The notes beneath the pieces are model-generated. The model made no database searches and was not told the origin of the DNA. It was given only the letters and a program-made list of their open reading frames with translations. The translations under genes were made by a program, and so were the position numbers. DNA of 64,000 bases. It comes from Octopus vulgaris. Its lineage: Eukaryota. Shown here piece by piece: positions 25,211 through 39,419 of this stretch. Numbering within the stretch: position 1 is the stretch's first letter; each line of letters begins with the position of its first letter. Where the stretch lies: positions 92,504,001-92,568,000 of the forward strand of contig OX597815.1 of the NCBI GenBank assembly GCA_951406725.2, in the 5' to 3' direction.

Positions 25211-26984
25211 TAGTGGGTACCAGGAGTAAATCTGTTTTTTTATTCCTGATTACATCTATTTCTCTTTCCTTATGTTGCTGTCTTTTGCAGTTATTACCCA
25301 CCTCCCACTCCATAGTTTATCATCATCAGGTGGATATTTTTAATTTGTGCATGCCATCCATCTCAGTCTTGCATTAGCTGAGGGAGGTCTTCAAGGAGGC
25401 AGCTAATGTCTCTGGTGAGTTGATCTACATATATTATGTTCAGACAACCAGCTCAAGTATGGTCATGCTTTGGTATCCATAACACTAGATCACTTTCCAG
25501 CTCTTGTTCAGCTTGTCAGCAATGTCCTGCAAAGCACAAGCACCTTTTCCTTATAATGGTGGAATTAGGCAGGAGATCTCCATACAGCTGTTTCTTTGTG
25601 GAATGAGTTCTCCATGATATGTTTAAGACTACTCTTAACATTCAGGTGTAAGTTCCATCTAACTTGGAATCTAGCTTTTTGCTAAGCATCCATAGTAGAC
25701 TACAAATGAGGGGTACTATTGTTCCTTGAAAGGTCAGGCAACCACTTTTATTTCACTAGTTGATATTTTTGTCACTATTTAATGGATTTGAAATAGTGTC
25801 AAGTGTTAGAAATATTGGTCTTAAACTACAGGTATTTACATTAATTTGTAAACTGTGTGTTGCTTCATAGATCACAAGATTTTATTGTTCAGATTTTGTA
25901 CATAATATTGAAGGCAACTACTCTTTATTTCTCTTTCTACTCTGTTGTACCTATTTACAGTTAGGGGTATGTTATTTGCAAGTTAAGTGTCTTTGTCACA
26001 CTACAGAACTGTAAACTGCTAATGAAGGACTCTCTTATAATTGGTTGACTCTTAGAAATAGCATTGGAATATCCCTCAAATCATAGTCTACCGTCTTTGA
26101 AAAGGAGAAGGATACATTAGATAATATATTCTTAAATACACAAAAAGAGGGCTGATCATGGTTGGAATGTTTTTGATCATAGATTTACTTGACCTGAGAT
26201 GAAATTCTTAAATTACACTTGTACTATTGACCAGTTTTTTACGTTGCATGTCTGCCTGCATCTAGACATTAAACATTTGGTAAACTCCAATGTCTAGAAA
26301 TTACCAAATTCTTAGACATTTGGTTTGAATTCTAACATTGTTACAAAGCAACTATTTTTTTGTCATCATCATCATCATCATCATCTTAATGTCCTTTTCT
26401 GTGCTTGCATGGTCAGATGAGAGTAAGCTGGCAGAGTTTTTATGTGGCTAGATGCCCGTCCTTCCTGATGTCAACACCTGCAAACACATGCCCAGCAAGC
26501 AGCTTGGGCATCATTACATGGAGAATTGGAAACAAATGATATCAGTTGAATGAGCTTTTTGTTTATAAAGATTGTGTAACATGTCAAGAAACTTGGACAT
26601 GCTTTTGTAGTTGACTGCAGGCAAATTACACTGTTTGCTTGCAAAGCCATTGTTTACAAACAGCAGATATGAAGATGAGGGGAAATATGAACTCACACAA
26701 ACAGACACGCAATATATCATCATAATCCATGCTTGCATTGGTCAGCCAGAATTTTTGTCAAGGCAGATTTTCTACAGTCAGATGCCCTTCAAGTTGCCAA
26801 CTCTCACCTGTTTCCATGCAAGGCAATATTTCCTCATGGCCAGACATGTTTTGCTCATGGAAGACTGAAATCAAACAACATTTCTTGAATGACATTGATG
26901 TTCATTTGCAACTATCACATGCGGTGAAGACAAGGGTACACACAAACACACACATGCATGCATGCACGCATGCACACACACACG

Positions 26985-27300
26985 GCTTCTGACAATTTCA
27001 GTCCTCCGCTCACAAAACTTTGGTTGTCCTGTGGAGACTATAGTAGAAGACACTTGCATACAGTGCTGCATAGTGAGATTGAACCTGAGATCACATGTTT
27101 GGGAAGCAAACTTCTTACTATACTTGTGGGCATGACTGTACAACAGGGTTCTTTTAGTTTCCATCTTCCAAATTCACTCATGAAGCTTTGATTGATTGGC
27201 CTGAGGTTGCAGTAAACATTTGCTCAAGGTACCAATCAGTGAGCCTGAAATCATGAGGTTGGCAAGAAAATCTTCTTAATCATAGTCATACCTGTGCCTT
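26985..27300 (-). mobile_element. Two tandem degenerate SINE head/CORE fragments
   Basis: Reverse complements of the 22441-22600 segment at ~26985-27135 and ~27150-27300. Confidence 0.6.
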
Positions 27301-29497
27301 GTATATATTGAAAATAAGGTGAATCATTTGTTTAATGATTATTTATAATCTTTGAAGCTAATTAAGAACTAATTGATAAAAGAATTAGTTAATCATTTAT
27401 TCAGATTTCATAGAGTAATTAGGTGAATGTTCTAGTGAGGTATTTTAACAACAAACCAATCACATTACCATTACTTGGCTTTGTCAGCAGCAGCACTGCT
27501 GCTGCCACTGCCACCGCCGCCACCACTATTTGTGTTTTTATTTGTGTTAGCTCAGAAGAGGAATAACAGTTCCCTATTTCCTTTGGCAGTTTTGTAGGAC
27601 ACTGGACTTTATTGATTGTTTTGGTCTTCTATCTTTTAAGAGTAAAGACAATTCATACCTTTAGTAGATTGGCTTTATATGACTTCACTATTGTTCTCAC
27701 CCTGTTTCACTTCATATAAATGTTATGTCTCAGAATTTCAGTAATTATTAAATAGACATATTTAATAGATTTCTTTGTTCAAATAATTTGCTGGAATTAT
27801 CAAAATTGTTGTTTATAAAACCTAATTGTGAACTAATTGTGGTAAAGATCTCAATTTTGTCTTAATAAATTTCTTCCTTCTTTCACGACTTGTTGTAGTC
27901 ATTACATTAACCTACAAAGTGGACTATATTCTGAGAGAAAACTGCTCTCACACATATACTCTCCATTCTTGTAGCTACCATCCAGCAGTGTCTCCTTCCT
28001 TAACTACTGCTACCTCAAGTAATGATTGAAGGAAAATAGCTTAATGTGTAATATTATTTGAATCTAATTTTTTTGCAAAGTATGGGTGACAATTCTAGAC
28101 ATGTTTGAGCCTTATTCATTATTGGAGTACAGATGTCTTTGTATTTGCCAAATCAGTATTAAAATAATCACTATATTGATGTATAGTAACATGTTAGTTA
28201 TTAAGCTAATGTTTTCTTCGCACTACATAAGTATTATTAATTAATTAGATTTCCCCCTCCCTCTCTTCATTATGTTTGATGACTTTAATTTAACTGTTAC
28301 AATAATGGCCTTTGTTCCACTGAACTTCTTAACTCTCTGCTATCTCCATTTAAACCTATTCAGTGTATTTGTCTTCTACTCACATTTCATTTCACTATTA
28401 CATTTCTTTCATTTCTCTGAATCTCCTTTACTGCACCTAACCTGCAACTATAAAAATTAGCCACTAGGTCAGCCCAAGCTACTGATGAAACCTCTATATA
28501 GTCACTCAACCTGCTAGAAACATCAGTTAAATCACCTTCAGATTACACTTGACCATCTTAGAAATAGAAGGCACATACTGCAAAATGTAGTTCTGAATAT
28601 AATAAAAAGAGACTAGATGGTTGTGGCAAATTGCTTTGATCACAGGTCTGCTTGATTGGCGCTGTAGTGGGATTAAATAATAAGGGCACACTGGACAATG
28701 TAATCCTAGATGTACAAAAAGAAATGATGGACACAGTAGGAACATCTTTGATCATAGATCAACTCAGTCAGAACAGACCTGGGGTTAAACAATAACATTT
28801 TTACTTAGTTATCTTGAGGCATCAATTTAGAAAGATCTGAAATAATTATGGACATTGTCTCCTCTCCTTTCTCATGCTGGTCAACAGAATAATAAGCAAA
28901 TTGAAATGACTGGTACTAAGACTAGACACAGAATACACTAATGGCTGCTAATGTGGAAACATTTGTAAAGCAAGGGTCAGTTCACATTATCTTCCTCTAC
29001 ATTGAAGAATAAAGAATGGTGGTTCATCATTGATTATCTTAGTTGTGTAATATTTTGTTACCTGACAATTGTTAACTACCCTCTTCAACTTTGTTGCTCA
29101 CTAAATCTCTCTCCCAACAGTATTAATACTTTAGCTAAATCATAATCATCATCATTATCATCATCATCATCAACACCTTTGTTTCTATACTCTAGTATAG
29201 AATAGCCTCTGATTAGTTCAGCTATTACTGACTTACTTCATTGTCTCCTTCTTGACAACAATCTATTTATGATTCCCACTGTTATTGATTACACATCATT
29301 ACTACAACCATTCACCATAGCCAATGCATTCACATCACATCACTATCCATTAACAGCATAGTCAGAGGAGGAGGAAGAGCAGCATCTATGAACTTTTTGC
29401 AGGCCTTCTGTGATTAGTGGGGAGAAGGAAGGAAAATCTTGATGTTTTCAAATTGGAAATATGATCCAAATGTTTGCAACTAAATAGACTCTGTTAA

Positions 29498-30214
29498 CCC
29501 TTTTGTTACTTATCTACTTGAGGCCATCCTTAGTTCACTATTGCAACTCACATCCTGTTATAGAGTTTATATTTAATCCTTTCATTACTATATTTGTTAA
29601 AATACACTGCCTTTGACTCAAATAATTTTGAAAGTAATGAAAACTTTGTTAAAATAGCTTTGTCATTATTAAGCTGGTGTTAGGGTCATAAATTAACATG
29701 AAATTTTGATGAAAAGTTTTAATTTCGATCACTTTAAAACAAGAAGCATGTATCATAGAAGCAGGGGTTGACTTGGGCAGGGAGGTATCAAAATTTCTAT
29801 CATAATTTAAGTAAGAATCTGTTTTTTTTTAATGTTATAACCCCCAGCTTAATAATGGCAAAGTTATCTTATTATCATATGTGCTTTACCCTCGGTAGTC
29901 AGCCATAATAGTGGAGACAATCCCTTCTAGATCAAGTTAATGTGGAATTGGAATTTTTAATTTTAAATCAAGGAGAAAAAAGGTGCACAGAATTTTAAAT
30001 TTCTTTTTTTTTTTCTTACACATTATAAAGATATTAAAATTTTGAGTTGTTGGTATCCATGTATAGCACTATTTCATCCTTGTTTGGAATCATCAGTACA
30101 GCATAACATGAGGCAAATTAATTACGTTAAATTAATTAAACATTTTACCAAATTCCTTCAAATTCTTGAATATTTTAAAATTGTATTTCATTAGAAATAT
30201 TGTTAGTGAAAGGG
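29498..30214. mobile_element. piggyBac-like MITE containing a second, oppositely oriented copy (29574-29792) and another insert
   Basis: TTAA|CCCTTTT ... AAAGGG|TTAA ends; the inner copy starts ttaatcctttcattactatatttg; a homologue is at 53691-54360. Confidence 0.6.
30060..30100 (-). ncRNA. Minimal type I hammerhead-like motif
   Basis: Minus strand UGUA-CUGAUGA-U-UCC-aaacaa-GGA-U-GAAA-uagugc-UA-UACA; stem III is imperfect. Confidence 0.4.
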
Positions 30215-32469
30215 TTAAAGACATTTAAGAGTCAGGTTAACCAAGCAACAATTGACTCTGTCTCCCAATTACTAGTAATGGCACCCATTATTACTGACCA
30301 TGATATAGCTTCTGATATCAGTAGCCATAAATACTAACTATAGTTTGTTGACAATTTCCTGCCAACAAATTATCTGCTAGCGTTTTTGCTTTTAAAGATA
30401 ACTGGAATGAAAAATCTTTTACTTGAAAATCAGGTAAGGTAACTACAAGAACATCTTGCTGTAAAACAATGCCTTGGTAATATGTATTCATTTAACTCAT
30501 ACTAGCATGGAAAATGGATATAAAATGAATGAATGAATGAATGAAGCACCTCTATTCACAGTATCCAGTAGTACTTTCCATAAGATATATGTGCTATTTG
30601 TTGCTCAAATTATTCTCTTCACAACCTCACAATTTAGGGTTGTGGTCCTTCTGAAAATAGTGCAGTACTATGACTGTATCTGTACCAAGTTGTGATGATA
30701 ATCCTATTAAACTCTGTTTAATCTGATTGTTAGGATATTGTCATTTAATTAGATCAGTTTGTTTTTATTCAGCTGTTTCTGTGGTTTCTCTCTTAGATGC
30801 TTTTGTTGTTTCTTATGTTGTTGATTGTGTATTATTGTTATGTTAATGTTAACTTATATGAACGATGGAAATTGAGTGAGTTTAAGGAATGGCTGAGTAT
30901 TAATGACATGAAATGATGTGTGCAGGAGAGATGACTGTCGGTATAAACCTGTGTATACATTATAAGTGCCAGATGATAAAATGTTGCGTACTGAGAATTG
31001 TTTTGTTCCTGCTCAGCCCTGGTCCAATAGACATACAATCAAACACATTCCAACTGTTCTAGTTTTTTAAGAATATCTTAGATTAAATTATTTAATGTTT
31101 CCTTAATTTTTTTAAAGATGGTAGGGTGTAATTTGAAGGAGATTTGGTTGCTATTCTAGCGGGTGAAGCTACTTGTGGAAGGAGACTCCATTAGACATAG
31201 ATAGAAAAGATGAAGTCAGATCTTTAGATGTTGTACCTCACAAACATGATGCTGCAAGATGGGGTTGAGTAGGGATTTGCTGTACTACAAGCCTGTTCAT
31301 CACTTTCTGGTATGGAAAATCAGCTGTTAAATTGAAAGTTATGGAGGAGGAGGAGTTGATGGTGGTGATATACAACAAATGGTCTAATTCTGTGTAATAC
31401 TGGTACAAGATGTACTTGTATGGGAATGGTCAGCTTTGGTTAAGTTGTTCTATGATCAAAGAAAGACGTAACTTGTTTGTACTGTCTTGTTTTCAGCTAG
31501 GTTTTCATGGCTACATTATCCAGTATAGCTTTTCCTTTTTAAGGTGTCATTGTGATTTGAGGGAGATTTGGCCATGGTTTCTTGCAAGTTGAGTGACCAT
31601 ATACAAGTTCTCTTATTGGCATCACTGATTCTATTGTTGACTCATTAGTAATTGTTGGCTAAAATCTTTAGTAATAGTGATGGTTGTTGTTTTGTTTTGT
31701 TTAATCCTAGACCAGTAAAGACAAAGTATTTCCACAAGAATATTACCCTCCATTTTTTAAAAAAAGAGAAGTAGGGTTTGATTCAAGAGAAGTTTGGTTA
31801 GTATTTTTACCAAGTTTCATCATTGGCTTGTTTCTTGTTGTTTTATTTGATTATAGAAAGATTCCACCTCATTTTTTTGCTGTTTCTCTATTTATTGTTT
31901 ACTCCCACTTCCTCATCCTAGTTTATTTTTGGGCCTTTTTTTTTTCACAATTGGATAATATCCTTCTTTACGCTTACCACTTAGCTGTGAAGAAAGTTAG
32001 TTGAATCTATTGATTGTTTAGGTCAGACAAATTAGAGAAAGTTGAGTTAGGTGCCTTGCTCAGAGATGCAGCAGAATATCCATATAGTTAGTAGTCTAGC
32101 ATTTTAATATTATAGCTATTGTAGTCCAGCTGACTACTGAAGCTTGCAATATATGTTGTATTTTATATATTTGTGGAGGGTGATGTTTTGTACTATCTTA
32201 TATTATTGTTTGTGTTAAACTGTTCCATTTCTTGGTGTTTTTTGATTTTGCATGCACTGTTGTTAGTTTAAATGCTGGACAAAATGCCTTGAAGTAGCCT
32301 CTTTATAAATTTGTGGTTTCTATTTTAATAAACTTGGATTAACTTTATGAAAATAACAGGCTAAATAGCAGTTCTATAATATAAGATTTATCAGTTGTAA
32401 TGGTTATGGTCACTTATATGTATATCATGCATTTATAGGATATGTAATTATGCGATATGAGGTTCTAGA

Positions 32470-33670
32470 GAAGGTGCCCCTATGTCAGTGAACCAGAGTA
32501 CAAGAAGTGTTGTGTTCCACCATAAGACTTTTACATACCCCACCCCAACAAACCAAACTACACCCCTTTCCCTTCCCAAAGTGTTTCTCTTTTCTTCCTC
32601 ACATTTCCTCTTCATACACTATGATTATCTCCCACTCTCCAATCCAGTCCTTGCTACCTTGCTCACTGTATCATTGCTTCCCCCATCCCCCCTCAACATA
32701 CCCAAATTCCCACCAGTCTCAGCATTCCCCTGCCCCACTTCCCAACCTAGTCCTCACTACCCTGCTCATGTATCACTGCTTTCCCAATATCCCCTCTATA
32801 TACCCAAATTCTCTCCAGTCACTACATTTCCCCACTCCCAACTCGCAACTCCTTGGCAATACCCTGCCAGCACCTGCCACAATTCATTTCCCTCTTCCTT
32901 ACTCTATGCCCTGATCCCTGTTTCTTGCAAGTATACCCTGGCACTTGCTGCCATGCCTCTCCTAATCTCTCTCTCTCTTGCTCTCCCCTCTGGCTGAGCA
33001 ATCATGTATCTCTTCTACAGCAGCAAACCTGTTTCTGCCTTCATTCTTGATCACTTTTCCTCTCCCTCCTCCCCTTGCTCTTACCTCTGGCTAGGTAACC
33101 ATTTACAGCAGCACACCTCTTGTTAATTCCCACTCTCTCTCTAGGTAACTGTTTCTGCCCTTATTCGTGTTAACTCTCATTCTCTTTTTCTTCCTCTCTT
33201 TCTCCCTCTCTCTGGCTGGTTAACCATGGACCTCCTCTACAGCAAGACATCTGTTTCTGCCTCTCTGTCACTCTCTAATTTTTCATCATTTGATACAACA
33301 TCACCTCCTCCGCTGCCCCCTCCTCTCTAAAAGACTCTTTGTCTTGCAAAGTCACTTGGTGACCCTACCTGTGTAGGTGCCATTTAAAATGCACCCAGTC
33401 CACACTGTAAAGTGGTTGGCATTTGGAAGGGCATCCAGCTGTAAAAACTACACCAAAACTGACCTCGCCTGTGTGAGTGCCATGTAAAATGCACTCAGCC
33501 CACTCTATAGAGTGGTTGGTGTTAGGAAGGGCAACTAGCTATAAAGACCACGCCAAAACACACTCAGAAGCATGGTGCAGGCTCCTGTCTGGCCAGCACC
33601 TGTCAAACCGTCCAACCCATGCCAGCATGGAAGGAAGACATTAAACAATGATGATGATAATGATGATGAC
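32470..33670 (+). mobile_element. Non-autonomous RTE derivative (pyrimidine-rich body + RTE 3' UTR/tail)
   Basis: C/T-rich segment followed by a duplicated ggttggc.tt.ggaagggca unit and gtcaaaccgtccaacccatgccagcatgga...(gat)n; the 5' boundary is uncertain. Confidence 0.6.
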
Positions 33671-34978
33671 TTACAAATTTCTTCATTTCATGCTATCCTA
33701 ATGATGGAACTTTAACTACTAACATTTGATATCTGATACAGACAGAAAGTTGTTCATATAGAATTTTATATCCTGAAACTTGATCTTTAATTTTATTGAG
33801 TTTTCAACATAACTGTTGTCAAGTTGTTGTATAATTAATTACAATATCAGTTAAATATTCTTACATCATTAATTGATCAATCTTCTCTTCCTTTGATTCA
33901 TTATTATCTTCAACACTATTTATATCTTATGCTAATTTCAAAATCTATCATCATTATCATAATCATTTACATTGTCATACTAACTGTCATCATCATCATC
34001 ATGATTCACTTTTTCACGTTAACCACGATCACCATTATTGTGTCTTAAGTACTTCTAAAAAAACACGACAGTCACAGCTGGAATGTCTTTGATCATAGGT
34101 CCACTCAATCAAGGTTAATTGTGGTGGGGGTTAAACAACAGCAATAATGCTCAAAATATGCAATTTTTCTTTCTCAAAGGAAAAAGAAACATCTCTGAAA
34201 GTGGTCATACATTGCATAGAAGAACATTTTTTAATTTTAAAAGCAAAATATTTTTGTCTTAGCTTCAATGATAGGAGAAAGCATGAATAATTTCATAGTT
34301 TTAGTCCCATGCAACAAACATTTTTATCAAAAAAGTTGTGAGGTGAAATATCATGAAAAACATATATGGCAAAAAATTGTATTTAAGTATAATTAACTTT
34401 TATATTTTAAAAACAAACTATATTTTAAATAAGCTTCAATGAGAGAGCTCATTTCAAGGAATTTCACAGTATCAATCTCTTGCATTTTAAAAGAAAAAAG
34501 TTATGAGTGTTGTTTCTCAAATTTCATTGAGGGTGAAAATATAGTTATTTTTTATGAATATTGTTCTATAAGGGGACTGGCATCATTGAGGTAATTTTCA
34601 ATAAGGTAAAATTTTAAATTATTAATTGGCACATTATTAATTAGCATAATAGCATAGCCTGGAAAAAACATGGATTATGTGGAAAAATGCAAGAAAAGAG
34701 AAATATTCTTAAGATTATAAACCTGGAAAAATACAGGACAAGTTATTACATTTGGAAAAGTTCAGGACAAGGTAGGGGAAGAGGGATAGAAGAATTAAGG
34801 AGGGATGAGAAAGAAAGAAAAAAGAAAAAGGGACAGAGCAAGGTAAAAGAGGAGGGAAGGTGAGAATGAAGGGAAGGCTAAGAAATGAGAGAGATGGGGA
34901 GTGAAAAAAAGTAAACTGGAAAGAACGAAGTAAGTGTAAAGGGGCTGAAAGAAAGAATAAGAAAGTCGTATAGAATTT

Positions 34979-35030
<52 letters not shown>

Positions 35031-35217
35031 TTACATATAAGTGACCAAAAGTGTATGTATGCCACTATATGTATATATAAAAAAAGAAAACAAAAAATGG
35101 AACAAAAACGTAACAGGCAATAACAAGATATCCGGAGAGTTAGACAATACAAAAAAGGACAGGAAAAAACAAGGATGGGTCATTTGGAGTTTTCTGTGTG
35201 TGTGTGTGCGTATATGT

Positions 35218-35465
35218 GGAAGCGCGTAGCTTAGTGGTTAGGGTGTCAGCATCATGATCGTAAGATTGTGGTTTCAATTCCTGGACCAGATGACGCATTG
35301 TGTTCTTGAGCAAAACACTTCATTTCATGTTGCTCCAGTCCACTCAGCTGGCAAAAATGAGTAACGCTGCGATGGACTGGCGTCCCGTCCAGCTGGGGAA
35401 CACATACGCCATTGAAACCAGGAAACTGGGCCCACGAGCCTGGCTAGACTTTAAAAGGGTGCATT
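35218..35465 (+). mobile_element. Second tRNA-derived CORE-type SINE family
   Basis: Box A tagcttagtggtta, box B-like gtttcaattcc, CORE-like tgtgttcttgagcaaaacacttcatttc...aaaaatgagta. Confidence 0.7.
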
Positions 35466-35519
35466 TATTTATTTTTTTACAGACATACATACACACAAAC
35501 ACACACATATATAATATTT

Positions 35520-37548
35520 TTTTGTAGTTTCAGCTCAGAGCTGCAGCCATGCTGATTCACCGCCGTTTTGCTACACTGTTATTACTGAGAGCCTCCTCCA
35601 GTATGAAGAATGGAGTTTGATATAGCTACCCTCATTTGCACCTCTTGCCTTGATGTGGGTTCATCTGGGACTCTCGACAGGAAGAGGTCCAGCTTTGATT
35701 TAAAAACACCTACATCTACTTTGTGCAGGTTCCTCAAGCTCTTCGGGAGAATACTAAAAGGCTGTGGGCCCTTGAAACCCAGGCTGTTGCAGTAACTAGT
35801 CCTGAAGCACGATGGCGTTGCTGGGATCTTTGGCACTATGCAGTATCATCCCATTCTGGCATTGGTATAGCTTTCAATGCCAAACTTTGGCACAATTCCT
35901 TCAAGGATCTTCCAGATTTATATTTCTGCATACCTCTCCTGCCTTCTCTCCAGGGAGTAGAGACTTAGCTGTTTCAGCCTGAAGATGAATGTTTGCCAGA
36001 GGACCGTCATAGTTTCCTTATCTCTGGTTCTGAATGTTCTTAGGATCCATCCAGCCAGTCATCTGCACTTTGTTGCCATCCTGGTAATTTGCACTTGGAA
36101 AAAGGTATCTTCACTCATGTCGATACCCAGGTCCCTCATTGATTTAGGCTCTGGGATTGAAATTCCCTGTGGAGCAGTGTACCCTGTAAGTTTCATATTC
36201 AGTTTTGGACGCTGGTAGCACAGGGCTTGGAATTTTTCAGCATTAAACTGCATATTATTATCCCCAGCCCATCTGTAAATTGAGTCCAGCTCCTGCTGTA
36301 GATGTGCAACATTGCTGGGGTTCTGTATTTTCTGCGAGACTTTTGTATTGTTTGTGTAGCTTGCAAGGGTGGCTATCTGGGTTCTTGAGGGTATATCTGA
36401 GAGGGCCACCATAAAAAGCAGTGGTCCCAAGACAGTGCCTTGTAGAACACCGCTCACTATTTGTGTTTTTATAGAGGTGGCTCCATTAGCCACTACTGCC
36501 TGACTTCTATCTTTCAGAAAGTCATGTAACCACTCTCCAAGTTCTCCGGCTATACCGAGATCACGCAGTGTGTGGCATATCATACCATGATTCACCTTGT
36601 CAAAAGCTTTTGCAAAATCAAGGTATATTACATCCACATTTGAGTTGTTGAGTAACTGCCTCAGCACCCAGTCATAATGTTGTAAGAGCTGGGTCAGACA
36701 GCTCCTACATGGTCGAAAGCTATGCTGGGTATCACTCAGCAAGTTATTTTCTTCAAGGAATGTGATTAGTTTCTCTCTGACTATCTGTTCCATGACTTTA
36801 CTGATGTGTGAAGTCAGAGAGATAGGCCTATAGTTTTTGGCATCTGCTCTACTTCCCCCTTTATGGATTGGGCATATTATTCCCTCCTTCAGCTTGCTTG
36901 GCAGTCTGCCATTTGCAAGAAAGCTCTGGAAGAGAATCTGGAGGGGTTTTGCCAGGGCATGCTTACACGCTTTGAGGAGGATTGCTGGGAAACCATCAGG
37001 ACCAGCAGTTGAGTTTGTGTCCACCTCATCTATGGCTAGTAATATATCTTCTTCACTAATATCGATGTATTCCATCGTAACTGCCTTGCTGGTTATAGGC
37101 GAGGCGGCAAAGAAGTCCACTGGTTCGTTCACTTGTCTGTGTTCCAGCGGGGTGGTAAAGACACTTTTGAACTGGTCATTTAGTACCTCACTGATCCTAG
37201 TGGGACTGTTTGTGAGGAGCCATCCTTTTGGAAGAGTGGTCCTATCTTGTAGTGTACTGAGGCTGTTTCTTTCGTGCAATGAAAGAAGGCCTTTGGGTTT
37301 GACTTAATGCTTTTTATAACCCAGGCTTCTTTGTCTGCTTTCTCCCTCACATAGGATTGTTGCAGGCTGTTTTCAATCTCTATCAGTGTTGCTTTTAGGC
37401 AGGACCTTTCGCTACTTTTGGGATGTTGATTGAGTCGATTTGCGACCTTCCTCCCTCGTCTCATGAGGATCTTCCTTTCCCTTGGAATCTTGTTCCTATT
37501 TATTTTGGCCTTGTGTTCTGGGACATATTTCTTGCATGTGGCTTGCAC
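35520..37548 (-). mobile_element. CR1-group LINE, 5'-truncated; 406-aa RT-region ORF 36059-37279 with YADD mutated to YTNN
   Basis: NPKAFF, AGPDGFP, NYRPISLTS, RSCLTQLL, YLDFAKAFD, QGTVLGPLLF, FNAEKF, RDLG, C-terminal FKSKLDLFL; frameshifts. Confidence 0.92.
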
Positions 37549-37551
37549 AAC

Positions 37552-39070
37552 AGATACATAAGAGGTGCAGCAATATCAAAGGAAAGCTAACTGGGAAGAT
37601 AGTTTTTGTATGTGACAGATGCTCAGGAGCAATAAACACTGAAAATGTGCAGAGAACAACTTCTGCCACATTCCAGGGAGAAAAACTAGAAGTAGTTGAT
37701 AGCTTCCATTACCTAGGTGACCAAGTCAGTAGTGGGGGAAGGTACACTGAAAGTGTAGCTGCTAGAATAAGAATAGCCTGGGCAAAGTTCAGAGAGCTCT
37801 TATCTCTGCTAGTGACAAAGGGCCTCTCACTCAGAGTAAAAGGTAGACTGTGCGACGCATGTGTACAAACAGCCATGGTACACGGCAGTGAAACATGGGC
37901 CATGACTGCCGAGGACATGCATAAGCTCACAAAAAGTGAAGCCTGTATGTTCCGATGGATGTGTAATGTCAGTGTGCATACTCGACAGAGTGTAAGTACC
38001 TTGAAAGAAAAGTTGGACTTAAGAAGCATCAGATGTGGTGTGCAAGAGAGACGACGGCACTGGTATGGTCATGTGGCGAGAATGAATGAGGATAGCTGTG
38101 TGAAAAAGTGCCACACCCTAGCGGTTGAGGGAACCTGTGGAAGAGGTAGACCCAGGAAGACCTGGGATGAGGTGGTGAAGCATGACCTTCGAACATTAGG
38201 CCACACCGAGGCAATGACTAGTGACCGAGACCTTTGGAAATATGCTGTGCTTGAGAAGACCTTGCAAGCCAAGTGAGACCATTACCTTGTGGCCTATGCC
38301 AGGGGTGTAACCAGCCCACTTATGCGTACCTTTCCTTCATTGGACACTAAACTCTGCTTGTGAAGACCTGTTGAGGCAAGTGAAATCAAAATCAAATTCG
38401 ATGATTGGCATCTGTGCTAGTGGAGCACTAAGAGCACCATCCGAGCGTGATCGTTGCCAGTGCAGCTAACTGACTTCCATGCCAGTGGCACGTGAAAAGC
38501 ACCATTCAAGTGTGATTGTTACCATGGTCGCCTTACAGGCACTTGGTGGCACATAAAAAAACATTTGAGCGAGGTTGTTGCCAGTGCTGCTGGACTGGCT
38601 CCTGTGCAGGTGGCACATAAAAAAAAACACCATTTGAGCATGGCCATTGCCAGTACCGCCTGCAGAGGAGACCCTTTAATCTTGCTGTCAAGAACTTCTG
38701 TAGTATTGATGACATAACAAAATGCAACTGGTATACACTGTCAAGTGGTTACTGATAGGAGGGGCATGAAGCTGTAGAAACTATGAAGTAGCCTCTGTAA
38801 GCCTCATTGCAGGTTATCCATTTACTAGGACAGTAATTGCTAATAAGAACTGATACAAGTAAAAGGTAGTCGTTAGTCTAGCCACAAGCAAGAACCCTAG
38901 TGCTGGTGGTATGATAAAATGCCACGGTAGAGTATGCACAAGAACAAAGTTGGCTAGTTTTCAGTGTTACTGTGTGTGACAGATGGTGCAAAGTGTGATG
39001 AGTAATGAGTTGATGTGAGGTCCACCTAACCCATGCCAGTATAGTAAAATGGACGTAAAATGAGGATGAT
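37552..39070 (+). mobile_element. 5'-truncated RTE LINE (RT C-terminal half + interrupted 3' UTR)
   Basis: HKRCSNIKG...VCDRC, VDSFHYLG, HWYGHVARM, GRGRPRKTW; UTR repeats at 38400-38660; tail at ~39020-39070. Confidence 0.88.
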
Positions 39071-39419
39071 GTTATACACAGTCAAATATATGTACATGTT
39101 CATACATGCGCGTGCGCACACACACACACTCACACACACGCACACGTGTATATGTGAACACATACATATATGTAAACACATACATATATGTATATAGGAG
39201 ATGAACTCAGAACATAAAAGAGACATACAAGTAAAATATCAGTAGTCTTGCCTTTATGCCTACTCTACTGTGCACTGAAAATGTTAAATACTGCCATCAT
39301 CATTGGTTGAATCCTGTAGAGTACATCTCCACTGAACTGTGTTAAAATCCAGCTTTTTATCCTGGTTGTAGTGGCTGTGTTAAAGAATCAGTATTGCTAT
39401 CTTCATGACTGGGAATATG

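Noticed and set aside
32482-33050. Pro/Ser/Leu-rich ORFs
   Set aside because: Products of the C/T-rich low-complexity body of a non-autonomous element
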